Source: Alphaproteobacteria bacterium
GTDB lineage: Bacteria; Pseudomonadota; Alphaproteobacteria; UBA2966
Reading direction: 5' to 3'
NCBI GenBank assembly: GCA_964291395.2
Contig: OZ219858.1
Location: forward strand, 1,056,001 to 1,120,000
DNA: 64,000 nt
The position numbers and the translations under genes were made by a program. The notes beneath the pieces were generated by a model. The model saw only the letters and a program-made list of their open reading frames with translations. It made no database searches and was not told where the DNA came from. Positions 61,761 through 64,000 of the stretch are shown one piece after another. The first letter of the stretch is position 1. Each line of letters opens with the position of its first letter.

Positions 61761-62759
61761 CTAGGTCGCCAGGCCTGCCGCGCGCGCGTCTCGGCGCAAC
61801 CGGGCCATGAAACGATCGATGCCGGACCGCGTGAACATGGTCGCCCCCAGCCGATCTACAAGTCGGGCGCGAAGGGCGAGCCACCAGACGGCCTTGGCGA
61901 CGACCAAAATCGGGATGGCTTCGTGTTCCGCCTTTTCGAGCGGCCGGACGGATTCGTATCCTTCGAAGAAGGCGCCGTTGAAGGCAGGATCGAGTCCGAG
62001 GTGTTCGGAACCCCAGAGATAGCTTGCGATGTCGTAGGCGACGGGTCCCGCGCCGCAGAAATCGAAATCCAGCACGGTGATTCGGTCTTGATCATCGATC
62101 AGGGCGTTGGCGGCGTGCACGTCGCCGTGCACGGCCGACCAAACGAGCTTGTCCGCTCCGAGCGTGCGCAGGCCCTGTTCGAGCGTCGTGGCGAGGCGCA
62201 GGACGAGCCGCGCGTCCGCCGGATGATCTTCCAGGAACGGCGCGATGCGCTCCGCCCGGGCCGCCAAGCCGTCGAAGGCCGGAAGGATGGATGCGTTGTC
62301 GCGCGTGAAGTCGAACGATGCCTCATGCATTCGTGCGATCACGCCGCCAAACTTTTGGATGAGGCCCGCGTCGGCGCATTTGATCAGTTCCGTCTCGCCC
62401 GCCCATTCGTAGAGCACGACGGTTCGCGAACCATCCACCGCAGGTAGTGTGAAGAAGTGTTCGTTGCTAGTGGTCGCGATCGGGGTAGCAACGGCAACGC
62501 CGCTGTCTCTGAGATGCCGCTGAAAGGCGGTTTCGAACGTGGTGTGGCGCTCGCTACGCCAATCGCCAAGCGAGACCCGCGCCGCGAAGCGGCCGCGGTC
62601 GGCAACGACGACATAGAAATGATTGATTGCCACGCGAAGGAGGAAACATCGCCGAACCGCCCCGAGATCGTACCGCTGGCCGATTTCATTCGCGAGCGCG
62701 CTCGCGGCCAAAACGGACATCGTTACGGGAAGGAGATCGTCGGCGGGGCCCGTCTCCAT
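61761..62759 (-). CDS. APH / type II homoserine kinase-like phosphotransferase
   Basis: VHGDVHAAN, LDFDF, YDIA, FFEGYESVRPL; start ATG 62759. Confidence 0.88.
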   Translation of the reverse strand: METGPADDLLPVTMSVLAASALANEIGQRYDLGAVRRCFLLRVAINHFYVVVADRGRFAARVSLGDWRSERHTTFETAFQRHLRDSGVAVATPIATTSNEHFFTLPAVDGSRTVVLYEWAGETELIKCADAGLIQKFGGVIARMHEASFDFTRDNASILPAFDGLAARAERIAPFLEDHPADARLVLRLATTLEQGLRTLGADKLVWSAVHGDVHAANALIDDQDRITVLDFDFCGAGPVAYDIASYLWGSEHLGLDPAFNGAFFEGYESVRPLEKAEHEAIPILVVAKAVWWLALRARLVDRLGATMFTRSGIDRFMARLRRDARAAGLAT

Positions 62760-62794
62760 GGCGTCAATGTGGCCGCCTGCAACGCCGGCCGCGG

Positions 62795-63610
62795 CTAGGC
62801 CGGCACACGTTCCTCGAGGACGAGTTGTTCCGGATAGGGCTTGGTCCAGGCGATCGTGCTCCATCGCCCCCCGAGCGGCCGCGCATCTTCGAGGAATCCA
62901 AGCTCCGGTGCCGCGAACCGAACCTCGGCCGACCCGGACCACGTGTGGTCCAAGGCCACGTCGTACATCGGGGTGCGAAACAGACGGCGGCGCACCATCG
63001 CCGGTTCGACCGGGTCGGGCAATGCGGTTTGAGTGTAGTGCTGATTGGCGGCCGACTGGGTGGGGAACATCGTCAGGCCGTCCATCTCCGTAGGCAGGTC
63101 GCCCGCGCGTTCGAGATGAATCGCGAACTCGAACACGGCGCGGCATCCTCGACTGACGACGCCGGTCACCGTGTCGCCCGCGCGCCACCCGCGGAACGGC
63201 TGCCGCGTCAGGCACATATCCCCGATCTGCTGCGGCCACCCGTAGAATTCCCGACCCACCGCGAACTCGGCATCGGTCGTGCACCACAGATAAGGACACC
63301 ATTGGCCGACGATGCCGTCGTGCTCGACCAAGAAGCCGATCACGGCCTCTCCGAAATGGGAGAGGTCGGGGTTTCTTTGCACGAACGCATCGCCCAACCC
63401 ATAGTCGCATGCGACGTCATGCACACTGAGCCGAGCGACGGGATCGCCGTGCAGTTTGAGAGGCGGCGGGACGAGCTGTTCCGCACGCCGCGCGTCGTAG
63501 GCGAGAAAGACGGACGCGGTGACGCCCTCGAAGCGCCACGGCGGGGGGCCGTAGAGCGCGAGACTTCCGGTCGCATCCTGGGGAAGGGAGAAGCCGCGCC
63601 AGTCCGTCAT
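62795..63610 (-). CDS. Acetoacetate decarboxylase-like (ADC) family protein
   Basis: LYGPPPWRF, LVPPPL, GREFYGWP, WSGSAE. Confidence 0.8.
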   Translation of the reverse strand: MTDWRGFSLPQDATGSLALYGPPPWRFEGVTASVFLAYDARRAEQLVPPPLKLHGDPVARLSVHDVACDYGLGDAFVQRNPDLSHFGEAVIGFLVEHDGIVGQWCPYLWCTTDAEFAVGREFYGWPQQIGDMCLTRQPFRGWRAGDTVTGVVSRGCRAVFEFAIHLERAGDLPTEMDGLTMFPTQSAANQHYTQTALPDPVEPAMVRRRLFRTPMYDVALDHTWSGSAEVRFAAPELGFLEDARPLGGRWSTIAWTKPYPEQLVLEERVPA

Positions 63611-63620
63611 CGTGCCCGCC

Positions 63621-64000
63621 TTACTCCGACTCTGCAACAGTACTGACCACGCGCGCCGCGTAGGGCTTGGTCCAGGACTGGCGGTGCCAGCGGCCTTCCA
63701 CCACCTCGGCGCCACGGAGAAAGGCCAGTTCCGGCGACGAGACGTCGAGTTCGGCCGGCCCGTGCCATACCGGGCCGCTTTTCACGTTTTCGATGTCTGT
63801 GGCGACCATGCGGCGCTCAACCATGCCGGGGTGCATGGGGTCGGCAAGGGCGGTTTGGGTGAAGATCGGCAGGCGCCCGATGTGGCTGGTCATGGTCGCC
63901 GGATCCGAACTCGCCGGACCGTCGCCGACGGTGCCGCGGAGCGAAACGGTGAAAGCGAAGACGGCACGGTCGCCTCGCCGCACCAGCGCGGTTGCGACGT
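63621..64000 (-). CDS. Second ADC-like protein (5' part outside the window)
   Basis: The C-terminal half parallels the neighbour: TQTAL.DP..P.MV.RR, W.G.AE, PEL.FL, GRW....WTKPY. Confidence 0.75.
   Translation of the reverse strand, partial: VATALVRRGDRAVFAFTVSLRGTVGDGPASSDPATMTSHIGRLPIFTQTALADPMHPGMVERRMVATDIENVKSGPVWHGPAELDVSSPELAFLRGAEVVEGRWHRQSWTKPYAARVVSTVAESE

Overview
A high-GC alphaproteobacterial chromosome segment. The gene order looks Rhodospirillales-like, and the substrate set is compatible with a marine or host-associated lifestyle (inference). A conserved core block (small ORF-murA-DUF2948-hisG-hisD-UPF0262-LMW phosphatase-infA-maf-RNase G/E-yacG) lies between tRNA-Thr(GGT) and tRNA-Phe(GAA). 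Both flanks are accessory and dominated by uptake and catabolism of sulfur compounds and methylated amines: two sulfatases including BetC, a DMG-dehydrogenase-like enzyme, two xanthine-dehydrogenase-family loci, TauD-, GMC-, Mo-bisPGD-, PLP-lyase- and HD-domain enzymes, a TRAP transporter, TauABC and a TmoXWV-like TMAO ABC transporter. Many intergenic spaces are eroded gene fragments that are hard to see in the ORF track: RHH antitoxin, HEPN, AbiEii, VapC, YafQ, BrnT, IS3 transposase, tyrosine recombinase, LuxR-HTH and PuuD. The most notable signals are: (1) a 16-bp palindrome TCCCCAATATTGGGGA repeated next to a LuxR-type regulator and at nearly the same distance upstream of both the taurine and TMAO-like ABC operons; (2) an autotransporter that appears to display Cache-like ligand-binding modules; (3) a cluster of enzyme-fold proteins lacking canonical catalytic residues; (4) a dif-like XerC/D site in front of an orphan two-gene module; (5) an NYN-HEPN-AbiE RNase/defence islet. 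No CRISPR array or rRNA was seen. All family calls come from motif recognition by eye; no database search was run.
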